Positions 16,981 to 25,480 of a stretch of DNA of 32,000 nt are shown piece after piece (position 1 is the stretch's first letter; every line of letters starts with the position of its first letter). The translations under genes were made by a program, and so were the position numbers. The notes beneath the pieces were generated by a model. It saw only the letters and a list, made by a program, of their open reading frames with translations, was not told the origin of the DNA and ran no database searches. Source of the stretch: an uncultured Clostridia bacterium (GTDB lineage: Bacteria > Bacillota > Clostridia > Oscillospirales > Feifaniaceae); assembly GCA_944376235.1 (NCBI GenBank), contig CALWCA010000009.1:1-32000 (forward strand). The letters run 5' to 3'.

Positions 16981-18573
16981 CTAAGAGGCAAAGCTGGTCT
17001 TGCTGTAGTCGTTGCGGCTGACGACGGCGCTGGTCTGCGGCGGGTCAACCAGATAGGAGGCCACCGGCGTGACCGTGTACCACTCCAGCAGGGGCAGGAA
17101 GGGGAGCTGCTCGGCCAGCAGCGCCTGCACCTCATACAGCGCCTGCCGGCGCAGCGCCTCCTGGGGCTGCTCAATGGCCCCGTAGAGCTGGTCGCTGACG
17201 GTGGTGTTCTGGTAGCGCATGACGTTGAGCTGCCCGCCGATGGCGATGCGGTGCAAAATGGCCTCGGGATAGGGCCCCTGGTAGCCGCCGTAGAGCGTCA
17301 TCTCGTAGTCTCCCAGGGAGACCACGGTCTCCTGCCACTCTTCAAAGTCGACCTGGATAACGGTGAGCTCAATGCCCACCTCGGCGAGCTGCCTTTTGAT
17401 AATGGCGGCAAGCTCGGGATAGGGCTCAACGTCGCACACTGTGAGCGTGAGGCGGACGTACCGGCCCGAGTCGTTTTTCTGATAGAGCGACTGCAGGTAT
17501 TCGTCGGCATGACGCGCATTGTAATCGGGGGTGGTGGCGCTGCTGAGCACCGCGTCTCCAAAGGTAGGCGACAGGAAGGTGGTCGACACGGAGCCGATCC
17601 CCTGCAGCCCCTCGGACAGCAGCTCCTCCTTGTCGATGGCCGAGGCCACGGCAAAGCGCAGCGTGGGATTGTTCTGGAAGATGCCCTCGCCCACGTTGAA
17701 GGCCAGCTGAATGCGGGTGGCGTCGTCCACCGACAGCAGGGTGATGGCCGGATTGTCGGCATATTCCGTGAGAGACGAGAGCGGCTGCCCCACCGTCAGC
17801 GCCTCGAGCTCCCCGTTTTCAAAGGCGGCGCGGGCCAGGCTGGCATTTTCGTAATATTGAAATACAAGCGAGCTGAGCGCCGGCTTGCCGCCGTAGTAGC
17901 TGTCGTTTCTCTCCAGCACGATGCGGCCGGCCTCCTCGCTGCGCTCGGCAAAGCGGAAGGGCCCCGTGCCGACGGGATTGGTCACGGCCTCGGCCGTCAG
18001 CCAGTCCTTGCCGTCGTAGAGGTGCTTTGGCAGGATGGAAGCCCCCTCCTCGGCCAGCGTGTAGACAAACAGGGGGGAGGGACGTTCAAACGAGAGATGG
18101 ACCAGCCCCTGTTCGTCGCTCCAGACGTCCTTGACGGCCGAAAACTGCTCGTAGAGCACGCCGCTCTGGCTGCGGATGGCCGAGAGCGTCCACACCACGT
18201 CGTCGGCCGTAAAGGGCTGTCCGTCATGCCAGGTGACGCCCTGCCGCAGCGTGAGCGTCAGCTCGGTGGCCGCGTCGTTAAAGCTCCATTCCACGGCAAG
18301 GTCGGGCAGCAGCTCGCCGGTGGAGGTCAGACGCACAAGGCGGGAAAAAAGGTTTTCGCTGATGGCCTCGGCATTTTCGTCCATGGCGTCGGGATTGAAG
18401 GTGTAGGGCAGGCTGAGCAGGGGAAGGCGCAGCACGCCCTCCCGGATGGCGGCCTGGGCGGTCTCGCCGGCCGGCGCAGTGTCGTCGCCGCAGGAAATCA
18501 GGGAAAGACCCATCAGCACGGCCAAGAGCAGGGCAAGTGCAGACGAGAAAATATGCGATGCTTTTCGGGACAT
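16981..18573 (-). CDS. ABC transporter substrate-binding lipoprotein, family 5 (peptide/nickel type)
   Basis: Lipoprotein signal LLLAVLMGLSLISCG. Size (530 aa) and overall pattern fit SBP_bac_5. ATG 18573 is preceded by AGGAGGA. Confidence 0.8.
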   Translation of the reverse strand: MSRKASHIFSSALALLLAVLMGLSLISCGDDTAPAGETAQAAIREGVLRLPLLSLPYTFNPDAMDENAEAISENLFSRLVRLTSTGELLPDLAVEWSFNDAATELTLTLRQGVTWHDGQPFTADDVVWTLSAIRSQSGVLYEQFSAVKDVWSDEQGLVHLSFERPSPLFVYTLAEEGASILPKHLYDGKDWLTAEAVTNPVGTGPFRFAERSEEAGRIVLERNDSYYGGKPALSSLVFQYYENASLARAAFENGELEALTVGQPLSSLTEYADNPAITLLSVDDATRIQLAFNVGEGIFQNNPTLRFAVASAIDKEELLSEGLQGIGSVSTTFLSPTFGDAVLSSATTPDYNARHADEYLQSLYQKNDSGRYVRLTLTVCDVEPYPELAAIIKRQLAEVGIELTVIQVDFEEWQETVVSLGDYEMTLYGGYQGPYPEAILHRIAIGGQLNVMRYQNTTVSDQLYGAIEQPQEALRRQALYEVQALLAEQLPFLPLLEWYTVTPVASYLVDPPQTSAVVSRNDYSKTSFAS

Positions 18574-18682
18574 AAAATCCTCCTGTTTGGGACATGCGAA
18601 AGCAAAAAAAGTTCCGCAGGGAGTAGTGAATGATAACCATTATAGTTTACACCAAAAGACGGGTCGTGTAAATGTCCATCCA

Positions 18683-18711
18683 TTGATTCCCGGGAGAAAG
18701 TTTAGTATAAT
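18683..18711 (+). promoter_or_regulatory. Sigma70-type promoter for rmuC
   Basis: TTGATT - 17 nt - TATAAT, about 40 nt upstream of the GTG start. Confidence 0.55.
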
Positions 18712-18749
18712 TTTCTCAAAGAACGGTGGGGAAAGAGGGAAGGACAACC

Positions 18750-20078
18750 GTGGGAACTTTTGTGGATATTTTTTTGTGTGCATCGGCGGTCTTTTTGATG
18801 GTGGCGTCGGCGGCAATCCTGTTTGGCGTCACGGCACAAAAGCGGGAGGCGGAGCGGCTGCAAAACGAGCTTGCCGCGCTGCGCAGCGAGCTGCTGTCGG
18901 GGGCGTCAAGCGGCACGGCGGAGGTCTTTTCGGCGCTGTCGCAGGCGCAGCAGCAGGCCTGGGAGCGCCAGGACCAGCACCTGCGCGACTTTGCCGGGCA
19001 GAGCGCCGCCGGGCAGGCGGCGCTGCAGCAGGCGCTCACGGCGCAGCTTCGCACCATGGAAGAGCATCTCAAGACCTTTTCCCTGCAAAACGAGCAGCAG
19101 CTTCAGGGAATCCGCACTACCGTCTCCACCCAGCTTGCCGCGCTGCGGGAGGACAACACGGCCCAGCTTGAGAAGATGCGCGCCACGGTGGACGAGAAGC
19201 TGCAAAAGACGCTGGAAGAGCGTCTGGGCCGTTCCTTTGCCACCGTCTCCAGCCAGCTCGAGCAGGTCTACAAGGGCCTTGGCGAGATGCAGACGCTGGC
19301 GGTGGGCGTGGGCGACCTCAAGCGCGTGCTGACCAACGTCAAAACGCGCGGCATCTGGGGCGAGGTTCAGCTCGGCGCCATTTTGGAGCAGCTTCTCACG
19401 CCCGATCAGTACGCCTGCAACGTAGTGACCAAGCCGGGCGGGCGCGAGCCGGTGGAATTTGCCATCCGTCTGCCGGGCGACGGCAGCCCCGTGTGGCTGC
19501 CCATTGACGCAAAGTTTCCCCTGGACGCTTACGGCGAGCTGGTGACGGCGGCCGAGAGCGGCGACCGGAAGGCGGTGGAGGCCGCGTCGGCCGCCCTGCT
19601 GCGCCGGCTGGACGGCTTTGCAAAAGACATCCGCGACAAATACGTCAGCCCGCCCGACACCACCGACTTTGCCATCCTGTTTTTGCCCACAGAGGCGCTG
19701 TATGCCGAGGTTGTGCGGCTGGGCGCAGTGGAGATGCTCCAAAGGAAATACCGCGTTTCGGTTGCGGGGCCCACCACCATGGGCGCGCTGCTCAACAGCC
19801 TCCAGATGGGCTTTCGCACGCTGGCCATCGAGCGCCGCTCGGCCGAGGTCTGGACGCTGCTGGGGGCCGTGCGCACCGAGTTTGACAAGTTTGGGGAAGT
19901 GCTGGCCAAGGCACGGCAGCGCCTCTCCCAGGCCGACAGCGAGCTCGAGCGGCTGGTGGGGACGCGCACCAACGTGATTGTGCGCAGGCTGCGCAGCGTG
20001 GAGCAGCTGCCCGAGCAGCAGGCGCGCGAGCTGCTTGACGATGCGGTGTCCCCCATAGACCTGCCCGGGCAGTCCTGA
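18750..20078 (+). CDS. rmuC: DNA recombination protein RmuC
   Basis: N-terminal TM, a long coiled-coil, then KTRGIWGEVQLGAILEQ...PVEFAIRLP...WLPIDAKFP, typical of RmuC. GTG 18750 has GGAAGG 6 nt upstream; GTG 18726 is an alternative start. Confidence 0.88.
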   Translation: MGTFVDIFLCASAVFLMVASAAILFGVTAQKREAERLQNELAALRSELLSGASSGTAEVFSALSQAQQQAWERQDQHLRDFAGQSAAGQAALQQALTAQLRTMEEHLKTFSLQNEQQLQGIRTTVSTQLAALREDNTAQLEKMRATVDEKLQKTLEERLGRSFATVSSQLEQVYKGLGEMQTLAVGVGDLKRVLTNVKTRGIWGEVQLGAILEQLLTPDQYACNVVTKPGGREPVEFAIRLPGDGSPVWLPIDAKFPLDAYGELVTAAESGDRKAVEAASAALLRRLDGFAKDIRDKYVSPPDTTDFAILFLPTEALYAEVVRLGAVEMLQRKYRVSVAGPTTMGALLNSLQMGFRTLAIERRSAEVWTLLGAVRTEFDKFGEVLAKARQRLSQADSELERLVGTRTNVIVRRLRSVEQLPEQQARELLDDAVSPIDLPGQS

Positions 20079-20170
20079 GGCCGGGCCTGCACAGACGGGA
20101 GGCGTGCGCCGTCAAATGCCGCAGGGGAAAGCCCTGTTGAGAGGAAAAACCTCATAAAGGAGTGGAACAT

Positions 20171-20812
20171 ATGGACAAGAACACAACGGCGGCCGGCGCG
20201 CTGCGCATGCAGCGCCTGGCAAAGGCGCTGGAGGGCAACAACTTCAACGTTGTCTGTCTTGACAGCAAGGAGCGGGTCATTCCCGCTCAGGAAAAGCTCA
20301 TTCAAAAGGGGGAGACCGTTTCGGTGGGCGGCTCTATGACGCTGTTGGAGTGCGGCGTCATCGACTGGCTGCGCGGCTGCGGCTGCGAGTTTCACGACCG
20401 CTACGCCCCGGGGCTGACGCCCGAGCAGACGGCCGACATTTTCCGGGGAGCCTTCACCGACGATGTCTACCTCACCTCGACCAACGCGGTGACCGAGGCG
20501 GGCGAGCTGGTCAACATGGACGGAAACGGCAACCGTGTGGCGGCCATGCTCTTTGGGCCAAAGCGCGTGATTGTCATTGCGGGCATGAACAAGCTGGTGG
20601 CAGACGTCCCGGCGGCCTTCGCCCGCATCCGCGAGGTGGCCGCCCCCGCCAACGCGCTGCGCCTTGGGCTGTCGACGCCCTGCGCCGCCACCGGGCGCTG
20701 CATGGACTGCGCTTCGCCCGGAAAGATCTGCCGCAAGGCCACCATCATGGGCTCGCAGGGCGACAAGCAGCGCGTGACCGTCATTTTGGTCAACGAGGCC
20801 CTGGGCTACTGA
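20171..20812 (+). CDS. LUD-domain (YkgG/LutC-like, DUF162) protein
   Basis: VSVGGSMTL, YLTSTNAVTEAGELVNMDGNGNRV and PKRVIVIAGMNKLV are typical of the LUD fold. ATG 20171 is preceded by AAAGGAG at an 8-nt spacing. Confidence 0.75.
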   Translation: MDKNTTAAGALRMQRLAKALEGNNFNVVCLDSKERVIPAQEKLIQKGETVSVGGSMTLLECGVIDWLRGCGCEFHDRYAPGLTPEQTADIFRGAFTDDVYLTSTNAVTEAGELVNMDGNGNRVAAMLFGPKRVIVIAGMNKLVADVPAAFARIREVAAPANALRLGLSTPCAATGRCMDCASPGKICRKATIMGSQGDKQRVTVILVNEALGY

Positions 20813-20855
20813 GAGAAGCCTTCTTTTTTGGCCGGATAATAGGATGAAACACCGC

Positions 20856-20919
20856 CCGTCTGCCGGGTTCCCCGGCAGACGGCCACGCCCCCAAAAAGCA
20901 ACGCTTTTTGGGGGCGTGG
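20856..20919 (+). terminator. Two abutting perfect hairpins downstream of the LUD gene (probable tandem terminator)
   Basis: Hairpin 1 is CCGTCTGCCGG-GTTCC-CCGGCAGACGG (20856-20882). Hairpin 2 is CCACGCCCCCAAAAAGC-AAC-GCTTTTTGGGGGCGTGG (20883-20919), followed by TCTTTA. Confidence 0.6.
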
Positions 20920-21176
20920 TCTTTACGTAGACGCCGCCTTTGCCGTGAACCGGGGACAGGCCCGGGCCGCCGGAGGGCAGAGGCTTTGAAAAGAGGCTGC
21001 CGGAACCTCAGAGGTGCAGGACGCAATGATGCAGCAGGGCGCAGGCGGGGAGGGGCAAAGCCATGGCAGCGCCAAAGAGGAGCCGGAGCATTCGGGATGC
21101 AGGTGCCGACCCAAAAGCCTGCGCGGGAAAAATGCAAAACAACGGGCGGCAGGAGGCCGCAGGCGACATTTCCAAA

Positions 21177-21224
21177 GAAAAAAAACCCGGGGTGCGGTAG
21201 AAACCGCGCCCCGGGGGTTTTTTG
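21177..21224 (-). terminator. Rho-independent (bidirectional-looking) terminator after nifJ
   Basis: Stem CCCGGGGTGCGGT / ACCGCGCCCCGGG with loop AGAA. An A9 run lies on one side and T6 on the other, so the minus strand reads stem plus TTTTTTTT. Confidence 0.85.
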
Positions 21225-21255
21225 AGGATTTTTCTTGAGAAATGCCCCAAACGAT

Positions 21256-24200
21256 TTATTTTTCGGCAGCTCTCTTGGCCAGCGCCTCATACCGCTCTTT
21301 GGCCTGACGCGCCGCGTCGGCAAAGAGAACCTTGGCGCGATCGGGGAAGGAGAGCTCCAGCGAGGTATAGCGCACCTCGTTTTGCAGGAAGTCGCCGTAG
21401 GCAACCGAAGGAGCAGGAGAGTCGAGCAGGAAGGGGTTTTCTCCGCGCTGCTTGCGGCGGGGATCATAGCGGAAGTTGAACCAGTAGCCCGCGGCCACGG
21501 CGGCCTTGGACTCGGCCTGGGCAGCGCCCATGCCGGCCTTGATGCCGTGGTTGATGCAGGGGGCATAGGCCACGATGAGGGAGGGGCCCTTGTAGCTGCC
21601 GGCCTCGGCAATGGCGCGCACGGCGCCGGCGTAGTCGGCGCCCAGACAGATGGAGGCCACATACACGTTGCCGTAGCTCATGGCGATGCCGGGCAGGTCC
21701 TTCTTGCCGGTGGTCTTGCCGGCTGCGGCAAACTGCGCCACCGAGCCGGTGGGCGTCGCCTTGGAGGACTGGCCGCCGGTGTTGGAATAGACCTCGGTGT
21801 CAAAGACCAGCACGTTGACGTCGTCGCCCGAGGCGAGGACGTGGTCAAGGCCGCCAAAGCCGATGTCGTAGGCCCAGCCGTCGCCGCCGAAGATCCAGAT
21901 GACCTGGCGGGGCAGCAGGTCCGCGTTTGCCAGAATGGAGGGCTTGAGGGGAGAAGGACAGTCAACGGCGTCTTCCATGGCCTTGACGACGGCAGCGCCC
22001 GCCTCACGCGAGAGCTCGGGATCGTCCTTGACTTCCAGCCAGCGTGCGCAGGCTTCGGCCTGGGCGACCCACTGGGCGTTGCCGCGCTTTTTGCCCTCTT
22101 CCAGAGATTCGGCGAACTTGGTGCAGTCGTCAATGAGCTTCTGACGGCGCTGGTTCACGGCAAGCGCCATGCCGTAGCCGTATTCGGCGTTGTCCTCAAA
22201 CAGGGAGTTGGCCCAGGCGGGACCTCTGCCCTGCTTGTTCTTGGCGTAGGGCACCGAGGGAGCGGAGCCGCCCCAGATGGAGGAGCAGCCGGTGGCGTTG
22301 GCCACAAACATGCGGTCGCCATAGAGCTGCGTGACCAGCTTTGCATAGGGGGTCTCGCCGCAGCCGGCGCAGGCGCCCGAGAATTCGAGCAGAGGGGTCT
22401 TGAACTGCGAGCCCTTGACGGTGTCGGCGGCAAAGGGCAGGGTCTTTTCCTCCACCTTGCTCACGGCGTAGTCAAAGCCCTCCTGGTCGTCCATGCGCTC
22501 GGCAAGCGGCGCCATGACAAGCGCCTTCTCCTTGGCGGGGCAGACGGTGACGCAGCTGCCGCAGCCGGTGCAGTCAAGCGGGGAGATGGTGACGGCAAAG
22601 CGCAGGTCCTTGCAGTCCTTTCCGGTCATGGGGACGCCCTTCAGGCTGGCGGGTGCGGCGTCGGCCTCCTGCTGCGTCATGGCGACGGGGCGGATGGCGG
22701 CGTGCGGGCAGACCAGCGAGCACAGGTTGCACTGGATGCACTGGTCGGGCTTCCACATGGGCACGTCGACGGCGATGCCGCGCTTTTCGAAAGCGGAGGT
22801 TCCAAGCGGGAAGGTGCCGTCGGCTCTGTCGGCAAAGGCAGAGACCGGCAGGCTGTCGCCGTTTTGGGCGTTCATGGGCACCATGACCTCGCGCACAAAC
22901 TTGTGCAGCTCGTCCTGGCCCTCGATGACGGCGGGCGCCGCATCGTCCGAGGCGTCCTTCCAGGACTCGGGCACCGGCACTTCCACAACGCCCGAAAGGC
23001 CTCTGTCGATGGCGGCGTGGTTGCGGGCCACAACGGCCTCGCCCTTGGAGCCGTAGGTCTTGGTGGCGGCGTCCTTCATCTTGGCAACGGCCTCTTCCAG
23101 GGGGATGATGCCGGTCAGCTTGAAGAAGGCGGCCTGGAGAATGGTGTTGATACGGCCGCCCATGCCGACCTCGCGCGCGATGTCGACACCGTCGATGATG
23201 TAAAGGCGGCAGTGCTTTTGCGCCAGGTCGCGCTTGACCGAGGCGGGCAGCTCGTTTTCAATGGTCTCGGGGGTGGCGGAGGTGTTGAGCAGGAAGGTGC
23301 CGCCCTCCTTGAGGTCGCTCGTCATGTTGTACTTGGTGAGGTAGGAGGCGTTGTGGCAGGCCACGAAGTCGGCCTTGTCGATAAAGTAGGTCGACTTGAT
23401 GGGCTGCTTGCCAAAGCGAAGGTGCGACACCGTGACGCCGCCCGACTTCTTGGAGTCGTACGCGAAATAGGCCTGGACGTTGAGGTCGGTGCCGTCGCCG
23501 ATGATCTTGATGGTGTTCTTGTTGGCGCCCACGGTGCCGTCGGAGCCCAGTCCCCAGAACTTGCAGGAGACGGTGCCGGCAGGCGAGGTGTCGGGCGCGG
23601 GCAGACGGGTCAGGGAGTGGCCGGTGACGTCGTCCTCAATGCCCACCGTGAAGCGGTTTTTGGGCGTCTTCTGAGAGAGATTCTCAAACACGGCGAAGAT
23701 GCAGGAGGGGGGGACGTCCTTGGAGCCGAGGCCATAGCGGCCGCCCACCACGACGTCGACGCTGCGGCCGGACTGGGCCAGCGCCGTGACAACGTCGAGA
23801 TACAGGGGCTCGCCCAGCGAGCCGGGCTCCTTGCAGCGGTCGAGCACCGCAATGCGCTTGACGCTTGCGGGCAGGGCATCGACAAAGCGGTCGATGGCAA
23901 AGGGACGGTAGAGGCGAACCTTGAGCAGGCCGACCTTCTCACCCTTTTGCATCAGGTAGTCCACCACTTCCTCGGTGGCGTCGCACACCGAGCCCATGGC
24001 CACGATGACGCGCTCGGCCTCAGGATGTCCGTAGTAGTTGAACAGGCGGTAGTCCGAGCCGGTCAGCTCGTTGACACGGCGCATGGCGTCCTCCACGACG
24101 GCGGGGAGCTTCTCGTAGTAGGGATTGGCGGCCTCCTTGGCCTGGAAGAAGATGTCGGGGTTTTGGGCAGAGCCGCGCAGCGCCGGATGCTCGGGGTTGA

Positions 24201-24837
24201 GCGAGCGGGCACGGTAGTCGGCCACCGCCTGACGGTTGAGCATGCTGTCGAGCTGCTCGTCGCTCCACACGGCCACCTTCTGGATTTCGTGGGAGGTGCG
24301 GAAACCGTCGAAGAAATGCAGGAAGGGAACCCGGCCCTCAATGGCCGACAGATGGGCCACTGCGCCAAGGTCCATGACCTCCTGCGGATTGGTGGAAGCC
24401 AGCAGCGCAAAGCCGGTCTGACGGCAGGCCATAACGTCCTGATGGTCACCGAAAATGGAGAGCGCGTGACCCGCCAGCGCGCGCGCCGAGCAGTGGATCA
24501 CGGCGGGCAGAAGCTCGCCGGCCATCTTGTAGAGGTTGGGCACCATCAGCAGCAGGCCCTGCGAGGCGGTGAAGGTCGTGGTCAGGGCGCCCGCCGTCAG
24601 CGAGCCGTGGACCGCGCCGGCGGCGCCGCCCTCCGACTGCATCTCGGCCACCTTGACCTGCTGGCCGAAAAGATTTTTGCGGCCCGAAGCCGACCAGTCA
24701 TCCACCAGCTCGGCCATGACCGAAGAGGGGGTGATGGGGAAGATGGCTGCCACTTCCGTAAAAGCGTAGGCCACATGGGCGGCCGCCGTGTTGCCATCCA
24801 TGGATTTCATGGCGCGTGGAGCGTTAAGGGGGGGCAT
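21256..24837 (-). CDS. nifJ: Pyruvate:ferredoxin (flavodoxin) oxidoreductase
   Basis: 1193 aa. MDGNTAAAHVAYAFTEVAAIFPITPSS at the N-terminus, two ferredoxin-type clusters (CIQCNLCSLVCPH, CTGCGSCVTVCP) and a TPP-binding GGDGW segment. ATG 24837 is preceded by AGGAGGAA at a 6-nt spacing. Confidence 0.97.
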   Translation of the reverse strand: MPPLNAPRAMKSMDGNTAAAHVAYAFTEVAAIFPITPSSVMAELVDDWSASGRKNLFGQQVKVAEMQSEGGAAGAVHGSLTAGALTTTFTASQGLLLMVPNLYKMAGELLPAVIHCSARALAGHALSIFGDHQDVMACRQTGFALLASTNPQEVMDLGAVAHLSAIEGRVPFLHFFDGFRTSHEIQKVAVWSDEQLDSMLNRQAVADYRARSLNPEHPALRGSAQNPDIFFQAKEAANPYYEKLPAVVEDAMRRVNELTGSDYRLFNYYGHPEAERVIVAMGSVCDATEEVVDYLMQKGEKVGLLKVRLYRPFAIDRFVDALPASVKRIAVLDRCKEPGSLGEPLYLDVVTALAQSGRSVDVVVGGRYGLGSKDVPPSCIFAVFENLSQKTPKNRFTVGIEDDVTGHSLTRLPAPDTSPAGTVSCKFWGLGSDGTVGANKNTIKIIGDGTDLNVQAYFAYDSKKSGGVTVSHLRFGKQPIKSTYFIDKADFVACHNASYLTKYNMTSDLKEGGTFLLNTSATPETIENELPASVKRDLAQKHCRLYIIDGVDIAREVGMGGRINTILQAAFFKLTGIIPLEEAVAKMKDAATKTYGSKGEAVVARNHAAIDRGLSGVVEVPVPESWKDASDDAAPAVIEGQDELHKFVREVMVPMNAQNGDSLPVSAFADRADGTFPLGTSAFEKRGIAVDVPMWKPDQCIQCNLCSLVCPHAAIRPVAMTQQEADAAPASLKGVPMTGKDCKDLRFAVTISPLDCTGCGSCVTVCPAKEKALVMAPLAERMDDQEGFDYAVSKVEEKTLPFAADTVKGSQFKTPLLEFSGACAGCGETPYAKLVTQLYGDRMFVANATGCSSIWGGSAPSVPYAKNKQGRGPAWANSLFEDNAEYGYGMALAVNQRRQKLIDDCTKFAESLEEGKKRGNAQWVAQAEACARWLEVKDDPELSREAGAAVVKAMEDAVDCPSPLKPSILANADLLPRQVIWIFGGDGWAYDIGFGGLDHVLASGDDVNVLVFDTEVYSNTGGQSSKATPTGSVAQFAAAGKTTGKKDLPGIAMSYGNVYVASICLGADYAGAVRAIAEAGSYKGPSLIVAYAPCINHGIKAGMGAAQAESKAAVAAGYWFNFRYDPRRKQRGENPFLLDSPAPSVAYGDFLQNEVRYTSLELSFPDRAKVLFADAARQAKERYEALAKRAAEK

Positions 24838-24960
24838 GTCTCATTCCTCCTAGGTGTTAAAGTTACAGAAAGTTGGTAAAATACGCAAAAAAATCAGGGT
24901 ATTTTTGTGAAAAAGCCCTAAATTAGTTTCAGGATACCATAAAAGCGTCCGCAATGCAAT

Positions 24961-24990
24961 AAAAAAACCGCCCAAAAAGGGCGGGTTTGG
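24961..24990 (-). terminator. Rho-independent terminator after the 86-aa gene (bidirectional-looking)
   Basis: AAAAAAA-CCGCCC-AAAAA-GGGCGG-GTTT. The minus strand reads stem plus TTTTTTTATT. Confidence 0.7.
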
Positions 24991-25042
24991 GACGCGGACA
25001 TTTGTATGCTATTCAGAAACGGTCAGCAAAAAGGCAGCAAAA

Positions 25043-25303
25043 TCAAAGGATTTGTGCCAAAAAGTAGCCCAGTGCCAGAAAAAGCGCGCTGCCGAAAAGG
25101 ACAGCGGGAATGAGCCATTTGCGTTTTCTGCTTTGTTTTCTGGATGATTTTCCAGCGCTGGCGGCAATCAGCCGGTGGGCCTCGGCCGCCAGATCGGCGT
25201 CTGCCGCACGCACGGAGGGATCCACGATAAAAATGGCTTCTTCGAAGTAGTCGCTGCCCGTATCTCGCACGACAATCACCTGTTTATTGAGTCCCCGTAT
25301 CAT
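25043..25303 (-). CDS. Hypothetical small C-terminally membrane-anchored protein (86 aa)
   Basis: MIRGLNKQVIVVRDTGSDYFEEAIFIV..., then a basic linker SSRKQSRKRK, then the TM segment WLIPAVLFGSALFLALGYFLAQIL. ATG 25303 is preceded by GGGAGG at a 9-nt spacing. It has its own terminator. Confidence 0.6.
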   Translation of the reverse strand: MIRGLNKQVIVVRDTGSDYFEEAIFIVDPSVRAADADLAAEAHRLIAASAGKSSRKQSRKRKWLIPAVLFGSALFLALGYFLAQIL

Positions 25304-25429
25304 CCTGCGGCGCCTCCCTGCGTTTGATTTTTTGCAAAAACACTGCAAAGGTATTGTGGTTTGATTGCCGGGGTTTATACGTTGAAGGTGCAGGAAGATA
25401 TTTTTAAAAAAGGCAAATTTCCCGCGGCA

Positions 25430-25458
25430 TTGCCATTGGCTTTGGGGTGTGATATGAT
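25430..25458 (+). promoter_or_regulatory. Sigma70-type promoter (extended -10) for dusB
   Basis: TTGCCA - 17 nt - (TGa)TATGAT. This placement puts ATG 25454 inside the -10 element, which favours ATG 25481 as the dusB start. Confidence 0.45.
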
Positions 25459-25480
25459 ATCAAATATGACAAGGAAAGAC

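Noticed and set aside
21008-21169. 53-aa hydrophobic small ORF (MSPAASCRPLFCIFPAQAF...) on the minus strand in the LUD-nifJ spacer
   Set aside because: There is no SD upstream of the ATG, and it starts immediately after the nifJ terminator with no promoter-like sequence. It cannot be distinguished from chance in GC-rich DNA. I kept it only as a possibility under the spacer finding.
20790-21662. 290-aa Pro/Arg/Ala-rich minus-strand ORF crossing the nifJ 3' end and the intergenic spacer
   Set aside because: It is out of frame with nifJ, crosses the nifJ terminator, has extremely biased composition and has no SD.
21235-24879. 1214-aa ORF on the plus strand spanning the entire PFOR locus
   Set aside because: It is exactly antisense to a gene with unmistakable PFOR motifs. 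The product is monotonous G/A/V/D/H/L/R-rich sequence with no motifs. Long stop-free antisense frames are expected in high-GC genes with strong GC3 bias.
24925-24960. Possible nifJ promoter TTGCAT-17-TATCCT on the minus strand
   Set aside because: The spacing is right, but only 3/6 and 4/6 matches to consensus. Other equally weak candidates lie closer to the start, so the support is too weak to list as a feature.
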